In this document: positions 1 to 8,540 of the stretch, piece after piece
Numbering within the stretch: the stretch's first letter is position 1
How the letters are laid out: every line of letters starts with the position of its first letter
Source: an uncultured Bacteroidia bacterium
GTDB lineage: Bacteria > Bacteroidota > Bacteroidia > Bacteroidales > F082
DNA length: 54,239 nucleotides
Direction of reading: 5' to 3'
Assembly: GCA_902789915.1 (NCBI GenBank)
Contig: CADAPW010000001.1
Span: forward strand, 1 to 54,239
Position numbers and translations under genes: made by a program
Notes under the pieces: generated by a model
Databases searched by the model: none
What the model was told of the DNA's origin: nothing
The model's input: only the letters and a program-made list of their open reading frames with translations

Positions 1-98
1 TCCACTTCCCGCATCAGGCGTTCCTCCATTTCTTCAAAGAAGCCATCTGGAACGGTGTAGGGCATCGTTTTGTTCATCTTTTCTAAATCGTTTTCCAT
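1..98 (-). CDS. N-terminal fragment of an unnamed protein that runs off the window; possibly the anti-sigma partner of the adjacent ECF sigma factor
   Basis: My own minus-strand translation from the ATG at 98-96 gives MENDLEKMNKTMPYTVPDGFFEEMEERLMREV... It starts 2 nt after the sigma-factor stop codon (103-101), so it is probably co-transcribed. The function is guessed from position only. Confidence 0.3.
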   Translation of the reverse strand, partial: MENDLEKMNKTMPYTVPDGFFEEMEERLMREV

Positions 99-100
99 AG

Positions 101-640
101 CTAATCGTTTGTTTTCAAGTAGTTGACAATCTTTTCTTTGGCATTGTGATAGTTGGCCTTCACGTTGGCTGCCGTCGACCCGGTGACGAGGGCGATTTCG
201 TCGTACGACATCTCGTCGTAATAGCGCAGGTTGAAGGCAATCTGCTGCTTTGCGGGCAAGGAGAGGATGGCTTTTTGTAGCTTTACCGCCTCTGCATCGC
301 TGTAGTCGACATAATCATCGGCCTTCAGATTGAAGAGGTCATCAGAGGCTTCGTCCAACGAAAGCTGTGCCTCACCTTTGCGCTTGCCTAAAAGCCGCAA
401 GGCTTCGTTGGTGGCGATGCGAAATATCCAAGCGTTAAGCGGTTGGTTCTCATCGAATTGTTCAAACGAACGGAAGACTCTCAAGAAAGCTTCCTGCATC
501 GCATCCTGCGCATCATCGTGGGCCACTACCAGCCTACGGATATGCCAATAGACAGGCTTCATATAGGTATCCATAAGAAGACGGAACCCCGTTTGGGGAT
601 CCTTTTTCATGGCTTTTATGATGTCTTGGTCGGTTGGCAT
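101..640 (-). CDS. ECF (group 4) sigma-70 family RNA polymerase sigma factor
   Basis: 179-aa ORF. Region 2-like segment: DAQDAMQEAFLRVFRSFEQFDENQPLNAWIFRIATNEALRLL. Region 4 HTH: LRYYDEMSYDEIALVTGSTAANVKANYHNAKEKI. Confidence 0.85.
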   Translation of the reverse strand: MPTDQDIIKAMKKDPQTGFRLLMDTYMKPVYWHIRRLVVAHDDAQDAMQEAFLRVFRSFEQFDENQPLNAWIFRIATNEALRLLGKRKGEAQLSLDEASDDLFNLKADDYVDYSDAEAVKLQKAILSLPAKQQIAFNLRYYDEMSYDEIALVTGSTAANVKANYHNAKEKIVNYLKTND

Positions 641-772
641 ACCTCAATGTTTGGTCTTTATCTACAATACCCGACAAAAAGGAGAAAGTAAAATCGGTAA
701 TTTAATTTATTGGGCAAAAATAGGAAAAAGGTGCCCATTTCAACTGAATCTTGTATTTTTGCGGTCGAATCG

Positions 773-1423
773 ATGAACAAATTCCACCGAATGAAACACG
801 GACGGCTTATCATACTGATATTGTTTTTGCTGGCAGGTGTGCTCTCCGCAAAGGCACAACGCATTGGCGGTGGTCTGATGGTAGGACCTGCCCTCAGCAC
901 CATGCGCATCCAAGGCAACGACAGCACGAGGTTCCGCCCCGACTTCACTGGAGGCGTGCGCATCGCCCTTATCCCGAAGCATTCTGTCATCGGAGGCGAA
1001 ATCGACGTGATTTATTCGCGACAGGGCACAAGCTCGAAGAAAGGCCTTGACGAAAACAACAATACCATCCGATATAAACAGAGGTCGCACTACATTAACA
1101 TTCCGTTGTTGCTCAACATCTATTTCCGCAGATGGACAGAAGACGACCACGACGAATCCAAAATCCCGCGACTGCGCATCGGGCCACAAATCGGCTTTTG
1201 CGTCGGTGGCAACGAGGTGCTAGAGGTGAAAGGCAAGAAGAAACAACAGTACATCACCCCTTGGGAAAGAGGCAGCTACAATTGGCTCGACTACGGCTTC
1301 ACGGCTGCGGTGAGCTATTGGTTCGTCGAAGTGCGCTACACTTTCGGCATGGCCAACGTCTTCAAAGAAGGCGGAAAATCCACCAACCATGTGATTTCGG
1401 TGACTTGGTCGGATATTTGGTAA
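773..1423 (+). CDS. Outer-membrane beta-barrel (porin-family) protein
   Basis: The ORF track gives 710..1423. I prefer the ATG at 773, because MNKFHRMKHGRLIILILFLLAGVLSAKAQ reads as a signal peptide. The sequence has alternating-hydrophobic strand patterns and an aromatic C-terminus (...VTWSDIW), typical of small Bacteroidota OM barrels. Confidence 0.6.
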   Translation: MNKFHRMKHGRLIILILFLLAGVLSAKAQRIGGGLMVGPALSTMRIQGNDSTRFRPDFTGGVRIALIPKHSVIGGEIDVIYSRQGTSSKKGLDENNNTIRYKQRSHYINIPLLLNIYFRRWTEDDHDESKIPRLRIGPQIGFCVGGNEVLEVKGKKKQQYITPWERGSYNWLDYGFTAAVSYWFVEVRYTFGMANVFKEGGKSTNHVISVTWSDIW

Positions 1424-1471
1424 GGATTTCAAAAAAAACTATACATTTGCAGTTTTGAAATAATGTAAACC

Positions 1472-2812
1472 ATGAACATCGTAATAGCTGGAGACGGAGA
1501 AGTAGGCATGCACTTGGCGGAAGCCTTGGTGCGCAGCAACCACAGCATCACCATCGTGGACCCGCACGAGGAGCTGCTGAAGATGATGGAATCGCACACC
1601 GACCTGATGACTGTCACGGGCGACTCCACCTCGACCGCAGTGCTGCTACGCGCCAACGTGAAAAAGGCCGACCTCTTGATTGCCGTGCTGCACGACGAGC
1701 ACATCAACCTGCTGACGGGCATCATCGCCAAAAAACTGGGTGCCAAGAAAGTCATCGCCCGCGTCAACACGATGGAAAACCTCAGCCCCGAGGTGTGGCG
1801 CATGTACCAAGACCTCGGCATCGACGGTCTGCTGTCGCCCGAAGACATCGCCGCACAAGAGATTATTTCCCTACTGAAGAAAAACGCCTCGTCGGAGACC
1901 TACGACTTTGCGGGCGGCAACCTGCAACTCTTCATGGTGAAACTCGAACCGGAAGCAGAACTCCTCGGCAAGACCGTCGACGAGGTCATCAACCAATATG
2001 AGCATATTGAATTCCGTGTGGCCGCCATCCACCGTCGGCAGAACACCTTCATCCCACGTGGTGACGAGGTGTTTCAGGTGGCAGACATGGTGTATGTGGT
2101 CACCAAACCCCACGCCATCAACGACATCATCAAACTGAGCGGCAGGAAGCAAATCAACGTCCACAATGTGATGATTGTTGGAGGAGGCCGTGTAGGACGC
2201 ATCACCGCCAAACGCCTTGAAAAAGAGCTGAACATCAAGATTTTGGAACTCGACAAAGAACGCTGCATGGACCTGACCAACTACCTCTCAGAGGCCTTGG
2301 TCGTCAACGCCGATGCCCGTAACCTCGACCTGCTGGAAGACGAGGGCATCAAGGACATGGATGCTTTCATCGCCGTCACCGACAACACCGAGACCAACAT
2401 CCTCACCTGCTTGCAGGCCAAGTCGTTCGGCGTGAAGAAAACCATCGCCCTCGTTGAGAACATCGACTATATCGACATCTCGCAAAACATCGGCATTGAC
2501 TCCATCATCAACAAGAAACTCATCGCCGCCAGTTACATGGTGAAATACACCCTTGGCGCGAAGGTCTCCACATTAAAGAGTCTCAGCGGCATCGACGCCG
2601 ACATCGTGGAGTTTGAGGTAAGGGCTGGCTCGGCGGTGACCCGCAAACCCATCGGCCAGCTGGCCATGCCCAACGATGCCATCATCTGCGGCATCACCCG
2701 CGACGGCGAGAGCTTCATCGCCACCGATGACTTTCAAATCGAAACTGACGACCAGGTAGTCGTACTGGCCTTGCCCAATGGCATTCCCGCAGTTGAACGC
2801 TTATTCCATTAG
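1472..2812 (+). CDS. trkA: Trk potassium uptake system NAD-binding subunit TrkA
   Basis: 446 aa with two Rossmann repeats (MNIVIAGDGEVG..., NVMIVGGGRVG...), each followed by an RCK_C-like segment. It lies directly upstream of trkH. Confidence 0.9.
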   Translation: MNIVIAGDGEVGMHLAEALVRSNHSITIVDPHEELLKMMESHTDLMTVTGDSTSTAVLLRANVKKADLLIAVLHDEHINLLTGIIAKKLGAKKVIARVNTMENLSPEVWRMYQDLGIDGLLSPEDIAAQEIISLLKKNASSETYDFAGGNLQLFMVKLEPEAELLGKTVDEVINQYEHIEFRVAAIHRRQNTFIPRGDEVFQVADMVYVVTKPHAINDIIKLSGRKQINVHNVMIVGGGRVGRITAKRLEKELNIKILELDKERCMDLTNYLSEALVVNADARNLDLLEDEGIKDMDAFIAVTDNTETNILTCLQAKSFGVKKTIALVENIDYIDISQNIGIDSIINKKLIAASYMVKYTLGAKVSTLKSLSGIDADIVEFEVRAGSAVTRKPIGQLAMPNDAIICGITRDGESFIATDDFQIETDDQVVVLALPNGIPAVERLFH

Positions 2813-2981
2813 TATTTAATAGGAATCACAAAACATACAAAACTTGCAAAACAATGATGAAGACTAAAGAAAAGCGTGTGGCGGCACGCAACCGCATTGC
2901 CGCCGGAAAGCAGGCCAATTGGCCGCTTTCCCCAGCTTTATCAAAAGGTTTTGTAGGTTTTGTGACAAATACCACCGATGA

Positions 2982-4442
2982 ATGTGGAAAACTAAAATAA
3001 ACCATCCCTTAGTCCTCCGCATCGAAGGCCAGCTACTACTTATCGAAGGCCTCTTCATGCTGATGGTGCTCCCCGTGACCTATCTATACCACGGGCTGTA
3101 TGCCTTCAGTATGCCTTTCTCGGCCCTCATCACGCTGCTCACCGGTTTTATTCTGCTCATCGCCACACGCAACCACAAAGACGACAAAATCACCTCACGC
3201 GACGGCGTCTATATTGTCTGCATCTCATGGCTTGTGCTCTCATTGTTCGGTGCCATGCCCTTCCTGCTCAGCAAGAGCGTACCCAACTTTACCGACGGCT
3301 TCTTTGAGGCTTTGTCAGGTTTCACCACCACGGGAGCCACCATCCTCACCCGCATCGAAGACGTTTCGAAAGACATCCTCTTCTGGCGCAGCATGACACA
3401 ATGGATTGGTGGCTTGGCCATCATCGTTTTCTCGCTCGCCATCCTGCCCTATCTCGGCATGAGCGGCATGCAACTCTTTGTCTCCGAAATCAATGGTATT
3501 ACTTACGACAAACTGCACCCGCGTGTCATGCACACCGTGAAGCGTATTTGGTTTATCTACCTGTTTTTCACATTGTTGGAAACCTTGTTGCTCTATTGGG
3601 GCGACATGGACTTTTATGATGCCCTCTGCCATTCGATGAGCACCATCAGCTCGGGCGGCTTCTCCACACGCACTGCAAGCATCGGCGCATTCTCCAACTA
3701 CTCGCAGGTTGTCATCACCATATTCATGGTGCTGTCGGGCTGCAATTTCTCCTTGCTCCTGCTTTCTTTGACTTGGCGCTCGTTTTCCATCTTGAGGAAC
3801 CAGGAATTCAAGACCTTCCTGCTCTACACCATTTTCTTGGGCATTGGCATCGGTCTGGTGCTGTTTTTCGGCTGCCACAAGAGTTTTGGTTCCTCTTTCC
3901 GTGAGTCGTTCTTCAGCGTCATCTCAGCCTTCACCACCACGGGATTCTTCATCAGTGACTACATGAAATGGCCCGTGTTTCTTTGGGTCATCCTCTTCTT
4001 GCTGATGTTCATTGGAGCTTGTTCTGGCTCCACCTCGGGCGGCATCAAAGTTTTCCGTCACCTCATCTTCATGAAGAACTCACTGCTTGAGTTGAAGCGT
4101 ATCATCCACCCTAACGCCGTGTTGCCCGTGAAAGTCAACGGAAAGGCCATCTCCACCAGCGGGGTCTACAAGCACATCACCTTTATCTTCATCTATTTTT
4201 TGGTTTTCCTCATCGGGGCCATCATCCTGCTGGCCTTGGGCTTCGATATTGAGACCTCGTTGGGTGCTTCAGTCGCCACACTAAGCAATGTAGGCACCGG
4301 CCTCGGACAAGTGGGACCTGGGGGGTCATACGTCATCTTTCCACAAACTGCCAAATGGGTGCTGATGCTGATGATGCTCCTCGGCAGGTTGGAGCTGTTT
4401 TCTATGATTATGCTTTTTTCAAGGAGTTTCTGGAAGAACTAA
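2982..4442 (+). CDS. trkH: Trk potassium transporter membrane subunit TrkH
   Basis: 486-aa polytopic protein with repeated pore-loop-like motifs (GFTTTGATIL, SSGGFSTR, FTTTGFF, GSTSGGIK). It is paired with trkA. Confidence 0.85.
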   Translation: MWKTKINHPLVLRIEGQLLLIEGLFMLMVLPVTYLYHGLYAFSMPFSALITLLTGFILLIATRNHKDDKITSRDGVYIVCISWLVLSLFGAMPFLLSKSVPNFTDGFFEALSGFTTTGATILTRIEDVSKDILFWRSMTQWIGGLAIIVFSLAILPYLGMSGMQLFVSEINGITYDKLHPRVMHTVKRIWFIYLFFTLLETLLLYWGDMDFYDALCHSMSTISSGGFSTRTASIGAFSNYSQVVITIFMVLSGCNFSLLLLSLTWRSFSILRNQEFKTFLLYTIFLGIGIGLVLFFGCHKSFGSSFRESFFSVISAFTTTGFFISDYMKWPVFLWVILFLLMFIGACSGSTSGGIKVFRHLIFMKNSLLELKRIIHPNAVLPVKVNGKAISTSGVYKHITFIFIYFLVFLIGAIILLALGFDIETSLGASVATLSNVGTGLGQVGPGGSYVIFPQTAKWVLMLMMLLGRLELFSMIMLFSRSFWKN

Positions 4443-4445
4443 GCC

Positions 4446-5468
4446 TCATTCCAAAATCCAATCCACCGCTGTTTCAATCACATTGTCAATGCCTTGCGCA
4501 GTCATGGCAGGGTCAAGGAGAACGCGTACATCGGGCGGAACACCGTTTTCATAGTTGCCACCATCCAAGGCAATCGTTCGGGTGATGCTAAAACGATAGA
4601 CCCACGTATTGGGCAAGGCGCCAGCATTGGGCAATCCTAGTCCACCGCCACTGAAGTCGCCAAACAACTTGACATTGTCGTACCCCATCGTGCTAATCGA
4701 CAAAAACGATGCGGCACTATAGGTGCCTCTATCAATGAGCACTGCCACGGGCTTGGTGTAAGGTTCGGAATTATTGGTTTCAAAAGCATAAACTTCACCT
4801 AACTCTGTGAAATTGTCGTGTTCGGGTCCAGCCTTGATTTGGGTCCTATACAGCAATTGTCCATGATTGTCGAGGATGCTCAAAAAACGACGGATATTGT
4901 CGATATTACCGCCATGGTTTTGGCGCAAGTCGAGGATGATGCCTTCGCAGTTCCTATAAAAATCCAGAAGAAACTTCAAATCGCGCATGCTGATATTATC
5001 CATAAACGAGGGATAACGGATGTAAGCGACCTTGCCCTCACGAATGGCATTATGTAAAAAGCTACCTGTCGTGTGGTGGTTGGCGGTAAGGTAATTCGCC
5101 GCCACCACGTCTTCGTCGATGTTCCTCTCCGCATACATCCTGTTATACACCGACTCGTTGAACACCTCTTCATCCCCGGAAATCAGACAAGTGTGGCCGT
5201 CGTTTAAGGTGTTGAGCAAAGCGACACAAACTTTGAAGAGGCTGTCCTCGTCCATTTCGTCATACACTTTCGGACGGTAGACCTCGTAAACCGAATCCCA
5301 ATCCACGCCTTTCAGTTCAAAAAACGAATACTGCTGATCCACCTTGTTCCACAGGTAATCAAACACATTGACCGGATTGTCGGGCGCATCGCCATCGATG
5401 AAGGCACGCTCGCACGAGGCAAAGGCAAACAAGGCAAGACTTAACAGAATTATAATTTTGTTTTTCAT
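4446..5468 (-). CDS. S41-family (tail-specific-like) serine peptidase, lipoprotein
   Basis: 340 aa. The signal/lipobox reads MKNKIIILLSLALFAFASC. S41-like motifs are ILDLRQNHGGN, LIDRGTYSAASFLS (Ser nucleophile region) and KLFGDFSGGG. Confidence 0.7.
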   Translation of the reverse strand: MKNKIIILLSLALFAFASCERAFIDGDAPDNPVNVFDYLWNKVDQQYSFFELKGVDWDSVYEVYRPKVYDEMDEDSLFKVCVALLNTLNDGHTCLISGDEEVFNESVYNRMYAERNIDEDVVAANYLTANHHTTGSFLHNAIREGKVAYIRYPSFMDNISMRDLKFLLDFYRNCEGIILDLRQNHGGNIDNIRRFLSILDNHGQLLYRTQIKAGPEHDNFTELGEVYAFETNNSEPYTKPVAVLIDRGTYSAASFLSISTMGYDNVKLFGDFSGGGLGLPNAGALPNTWVYRFSITRTIALDGGNYENGVPPDVRVLLDPAMTAQGIDNVIETAVDWILE

Positions 5469-5473
5469 CGGAC

Positions 5474-6289
5474 CTATCTATTGAGTTTGAAAATGAAATC
5501 AACGACAACGGAATGGAAAGCGTTGTCGAAGCGGTAATAACCCCTATCGCGGGTGGTCAGATAATCCCAACGGTAGGAAAGTCCTATATTGTTGCCATTC
5601 GGCAAATTGAATCGAAGGCCAATGTCGGTGCTGGCACCAGGAAAAAAGATGCCTCGTGTTTCGTATGTGCTTAGAAGGGTGCTGAACAGGTTGATGTTGG
5701 AAACGTAGTTGTCCATATAGGAAAAGCCCGGAAAATTCACTAAACCCACGAGAGGCATCCTCAGTTTTGCGTATGCCGTCAACAGATTGCGTGAGCCGTC
5801 ACGCACGAAAGCGAAGTCATACCGTATCATGCCTTCAGCGCTGATATCGCTGAACACCGACGAACTCACGGCACAAGTCTTCAACAAAGGAACAATCTTC
5901 ATACTGCCTTCCCCATGCAAACTACCGCCCAGCCACAGATGAAACCTGTTGTCTTTCGAGTCACAGATACGATAAAGGAAACCCGTGCCTTCGTTGAAGC
6001 CAATCACATAACCCTCATAAGGCCTTGCCAACAAGCCTAACGCATGCCGAGACTCCCTATGCCAACGGTAACGTCCCCATTCGACTACAACCCCCAATGA
6101 CAGGCTGTTACCAAATCCCAACAAAAACATTGGCGTGGTACCATTGTCGTAAGCATCGACAAGACAGGTCCCCGCCCCAACGTTCAGCCAAATGGCAGGT
6201 CTCGTCGACTTTTGACCATAAGAGAAACTCTCCAGAACAAAAATCATTGCAATGACCAACACCAATCTATTTAGGATTCTGATTTTCAT
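5474..6289 (-). CDS. Secreted hypothetical protein, probably an OM beta-barrel
   Basis: 271 aa with an N-terminal signal peptide (MKIRILNRLVLVIAMIFVLESFSYGQ) and Gly/aromatic-rich alternating strands. It lies 5 nt upstream of the S41 peptidase on the same strand. I recognise no specific family. Confidence 0.35.
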   Translation of the reverse strand: MKIRILNRLVLVIAMIFVLESFSYGQKSTRPAIWLNVGAGTCLVDAYDNGTTPMFLLGFGNSLSLGVVVEWGRYRWHRESRHALGLLARPYEGYVIGFNEGTGFLYRICDSKDNRFHLWLGGSLHGEGSMKIVPLLKTCAVSSSVFSDISAEGMIRYDFAFVRDGSRNLLTAYAKLRMPLVGLVNFPGFSYMDNYVSNINLFSTLLSTYETRGIFFPGASTDIGLRFNLPNGNNIGLSYRWDYLTTRDRGYYRFDNAFHSVVVDFIFKLNR

Positions 6290-6420
6290 CTATTTAAGAA
6301 CAAAACAAAGCACTGATATAAAGGCAAAGATACAGAATTGTTTTTGTGGGAGGGTTTGGATAATGGAAAAAATGTATCTTCATTGGTCTAATGTTTTTAT
6401 TTTTTCATTTGCTATTTTTT

Positions 6421-7736
6421 ATCATTGCTGTCCACTAAAAAATCGATATAGTTCTTTGAAATACTAGTAAAATCAGTTGATTGCAGAGATTCTGAAGTGA
6501 AACGGATTTGAATTTATCTTTGCCGAAAGCCCTCGGCAGATGAACAAAGACAAATACGTTTTCTCCCAACTCACCTCGTTTCTGAACAGGAGTCTGTTCA
6601 ACGACTATGTGCGCAAATATCATGGTGACAAATACGTCAAGTCGTTCACGTGCTGGAACCAATTGCTCGCCTTGATGTTCGGACAACTGGCCAATCGTGA
6701 GAGTTTGCGAGACCTGATAGTTGCACTGGAAGCCCATCGCGGCAAATGCTACTTTCTTGGAATGGGAATGCATATCACGAGGAGTAATCTGGCCAAGGCC
6801 AACGAGAGCAGGGACTACCGCATCTTCGAGGACTTTGCCTACCACATGATAGACGAGGCAAGGCGGAAAAGAGTCACCGACATCTTCAAACTTGAAGGCA
6901 ACGTCTACGCTTTCGACTCGACCACCATCGACCTGTGCCTCAGCGTGTTCGAGTGGGCAAGGTTCCGAACCACGAAGGGCGGAATCAAAGTCCACACGAT
7001 GTATGATGTCGAGACCCAGGTCCCAGCTTTTGTCCACATCACTCCGGCAGCGGTGCACGACGTGAAGGCGATGGACGTAATACCCTACGAACCGGGGTCG
7101 TTCTACATCTTCGACCGAGGCTACAACGACTTCAAGCGCCTCTGCCGCATCGACATGCTCAAGTCGTTCTTCGTCATCCGCTCCAAGGGCAACCTCAAGT
7201 ACAAGGCTGTCAGATGGAAACGCCGATTACCAAAGAACGTCCTTTCGGATGCCGAGATAGAGCTGACGGGATATTATCCCTCGAAGCACTACCCGAAAAG
7301 GTTGAGACTCATCAGGTACTGGGACGAGGAGCAAGGACGCGAGTTCATGTTCCTAACCAACGCCATCGGTATTCCTGCCTTGTTGGTCGCAGAACTCTAT
7401 AAGAACCGCTGGCAAATCGAACTGTTGAAGCAGCACCTCAGAATCAAAAAGTTCTGGGGGACCTCTGAAAACGCGGTGAAGATACAGATCTATGTGGCCA
7501 TCATCACGTACTGTCTTGTGGCTATCGTTCAGCAAGATATGCACCTTGAACGGTCAACCTACGAAGTCCTTCAGATATTGAGCATCTCGCTAACCGACAA
7601 AACCAACCTCAGAGACCTCTTCAACAAAACTGATTACAACGATATCAAAGAACGAATTGATAATAGTGAACTGTTATTATTTTAAAGTTAAACATTCAAA
7701 TTTTAATCGTCCAGATTTTTAGTGGACACTAATGAT
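6421..7736 (+). mobile_element. IS4-family insertion sequence (about 1.3 kb) with terminal inverted repeats
   Basis: The left end at 6421-6444 is atcattgctgtccactaaaaaatc. The reverse complement of the right end at 7714-7736 is atcattagtgtccactaaaaatc, matching at 21 of 23 positions plus one 1-nt indel. The ends enclose a single DDE transposase ORF. Both flanks are T-runs, so the target duplication is ambiguous. Confidence 0.8.
6540..7685 (+). CDS. IS4-family DDE transposase (DUF4372-type N-terminus)
   Basis: 381 aa. The N-terminus MNKDKYVFSQLTSFLNRSLFNDYVRKYHGDKYVKSFTCWNQLLALMFGQLANRESLRDL is typical of Bacteroidales IS4 transposases. The DDE region includes YAFDSTTIDL, FDRGYNDF and YKNRWQIEL. 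The segment after the catalytic Glu (IELLKQHLRIKKFWG) looks about 4 residues shorter than the usual RWxIExFFKxLK motif. Confidence 0.85.
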   Translation: MNKDKYVFSQLTSFLNRSLFNDYVRKYHGDKYVKSFTCWNQLLALMFGQLANRESLRDLIVALEAHRGKCYFLGMGMHITRSNLAKANESRDYRIFEDFAYHMIDEARRKRVTDIFKLEGNVYAFDSTTIDLCLSVFEWARFRTTKGGIKVHTMYDVETQVPAFVHITPAAVHDVKAMDVIPYEPGSFYIFDRGYNDFKRLCRIDMLKSFFVIRSKGNLKYKAVRWKRRLPKNVLSDAEIELTGYYPSKHYPKRLRLIRYWDEEQGREFMFLTNAIGIPALLVAELYKNRWQIELLKQHLRIKKFWGTSENAVKIQIYVAIITYCLVAIVQQDMHLERSTYEVLQILSISLTDKTNLRDLFNKTDYNDIKERIDNSELLLF

Positions 7737-7763
7737 TTTTTATAATTTTAAGCATTAAAAAAG

Positions 7764-7790
7764 TTTGTTTCTCATTTTTTATTATCTTTG
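7764..7790 (+). promoter_or_regulatory. Candidate Bacteroides-type promoter for the T6SS operon
   Basis: TAtcTTTG at 7783-7790 matches the -7 consensus TAnnTTTG, and a TTTG lies at 7764-7767. The 15-nt spacing is shorter than the usual ~19-21 nt. The site is 47 nt right of the IS end and ~108 nt upstream of the first gene. Confidence 0.25.
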
Positions 7791-7897
7791 CCAGCGATAT
7801 ATTCTCCATTTTGAATAATGGAAACGCACAATCCGATTCATTAATGTAGCTGGAAATCAGCGCAATATGAACAGATTCTTTAGTAAAGAAAACACTG

Positions 7898-8521
7898 ATG
7901 AAATCACGTCAAAAGGTGTGGTGTCCCTCTTTATTACCCCAACCCCATTATAATACTGTAAATCAATCAGTTACAAGCGAAGGCTTATTTCGTTGGTTCC
8001 CTATGCGTGTCACTTACCATAGGGAAATGAAAATCAAAGGGTTGTTGGATAGTTTGGGTGTCGAGAACTTTCTTCCCATGCATTATGAAGTAGTGGAAAC
8101 AAAAACGCGCGGAAAGAAGCGCGTATTGGTACCTGCCATACACAATTTGATTTTCGTCAGATCCACCCAAGAGTTTCTGACCAATTTGAAGATGAGCAAT
8201 GAGGGGTTTGCCCCGATGCGTTATATTATGAAGCGGCCTGTGTCAAAGGATGATAAAAGCGAAATAATAACCGTCCCTGACTGGCAGATGAACAATTTCA
8301 TGCGTGTGGCTTCTGTTCAAGATGACCGCGTCATGTTTCTTGACAACAACGCCTATATCAACAAAATAGGCCAAAGAGTAAAGGTAATAGAAGGCTATTT
8401 TTCCGGTGTGGAAGGAGTTGTCAAAAGAATAAACAAAAACAAACGGGTAGTGGTTCAGCTTGAAGGTTTGGCAGCTGTTGCCATCGCCTTTGTTCCAGCA
8501 AGACACCTTTCCATCATATAA
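7898..8521 (+). CDS. UpxY-like transcription antiterminator (NusG paralogue: NGN plus KOW)
   Basis: NGN-like segment: WFPMRVTYHREMKIKGLLDSLGVENFLPMHYEVVETKTRGKKRVLVPAIHNLIFVRS. KOW-like segment: GQRVKVIEGYFSGVEGVVKRINKNKRVVVQL. The start is uncertain. ATG 7898 gives a 35-aa atypical leader, and the next ATG (8003) would cut into the NGN domain. Confidence 0.7.
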   Translation: MKSRQKVWCPSLLPQPHYNTVNQSVTSEGLFRWFPMRVTYHREMKIKGLLDSLGVENFLPMHYEVVETKTRGKKRVLVPAIHNLIFVRSTQEFLTNLKMSNEGFAPMRYIMKRPVSKDDKSEIITVPDWQMNNFMRVASVQDDRVMFLDNNAYINKIGQRVKVIEGYFSGVEGVVKRINKNKRVVVQLEGLAAVAIAFVPARHLSII

Positions 8522-8540
8522 AATTTCAGGTTTCAAAACA

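Noticed and set aside
2854-2997. Short ORF (about 47 codons, MMKTKEKRVAARNRIAAGKQ...) between trkA and trkH
   Set aside because: It is below the track threshold, overlaps the trkH start in another frame, and has no recognisable features. TrkH reads well from the ATG at 2982.
6435-7058. 207-aa minus-strand ORF inside the IS element
   Set aside because: It is antisense to the DDE transposase. IS4-family elements of this size encode a single transposase.
8460-8540. Upstream start (8460) for the ClpV ORF as given in the track
   Set aside because: It would overlap the UpxY-like gene by 62 nt and add 27 residues (MKVWQLLPSPLFQQDTFPSYKISGFKT) that are not part of a Clp N-domain. The ATG at 8541, 19 nt after the previous stop, begins the recognisable N-domain.
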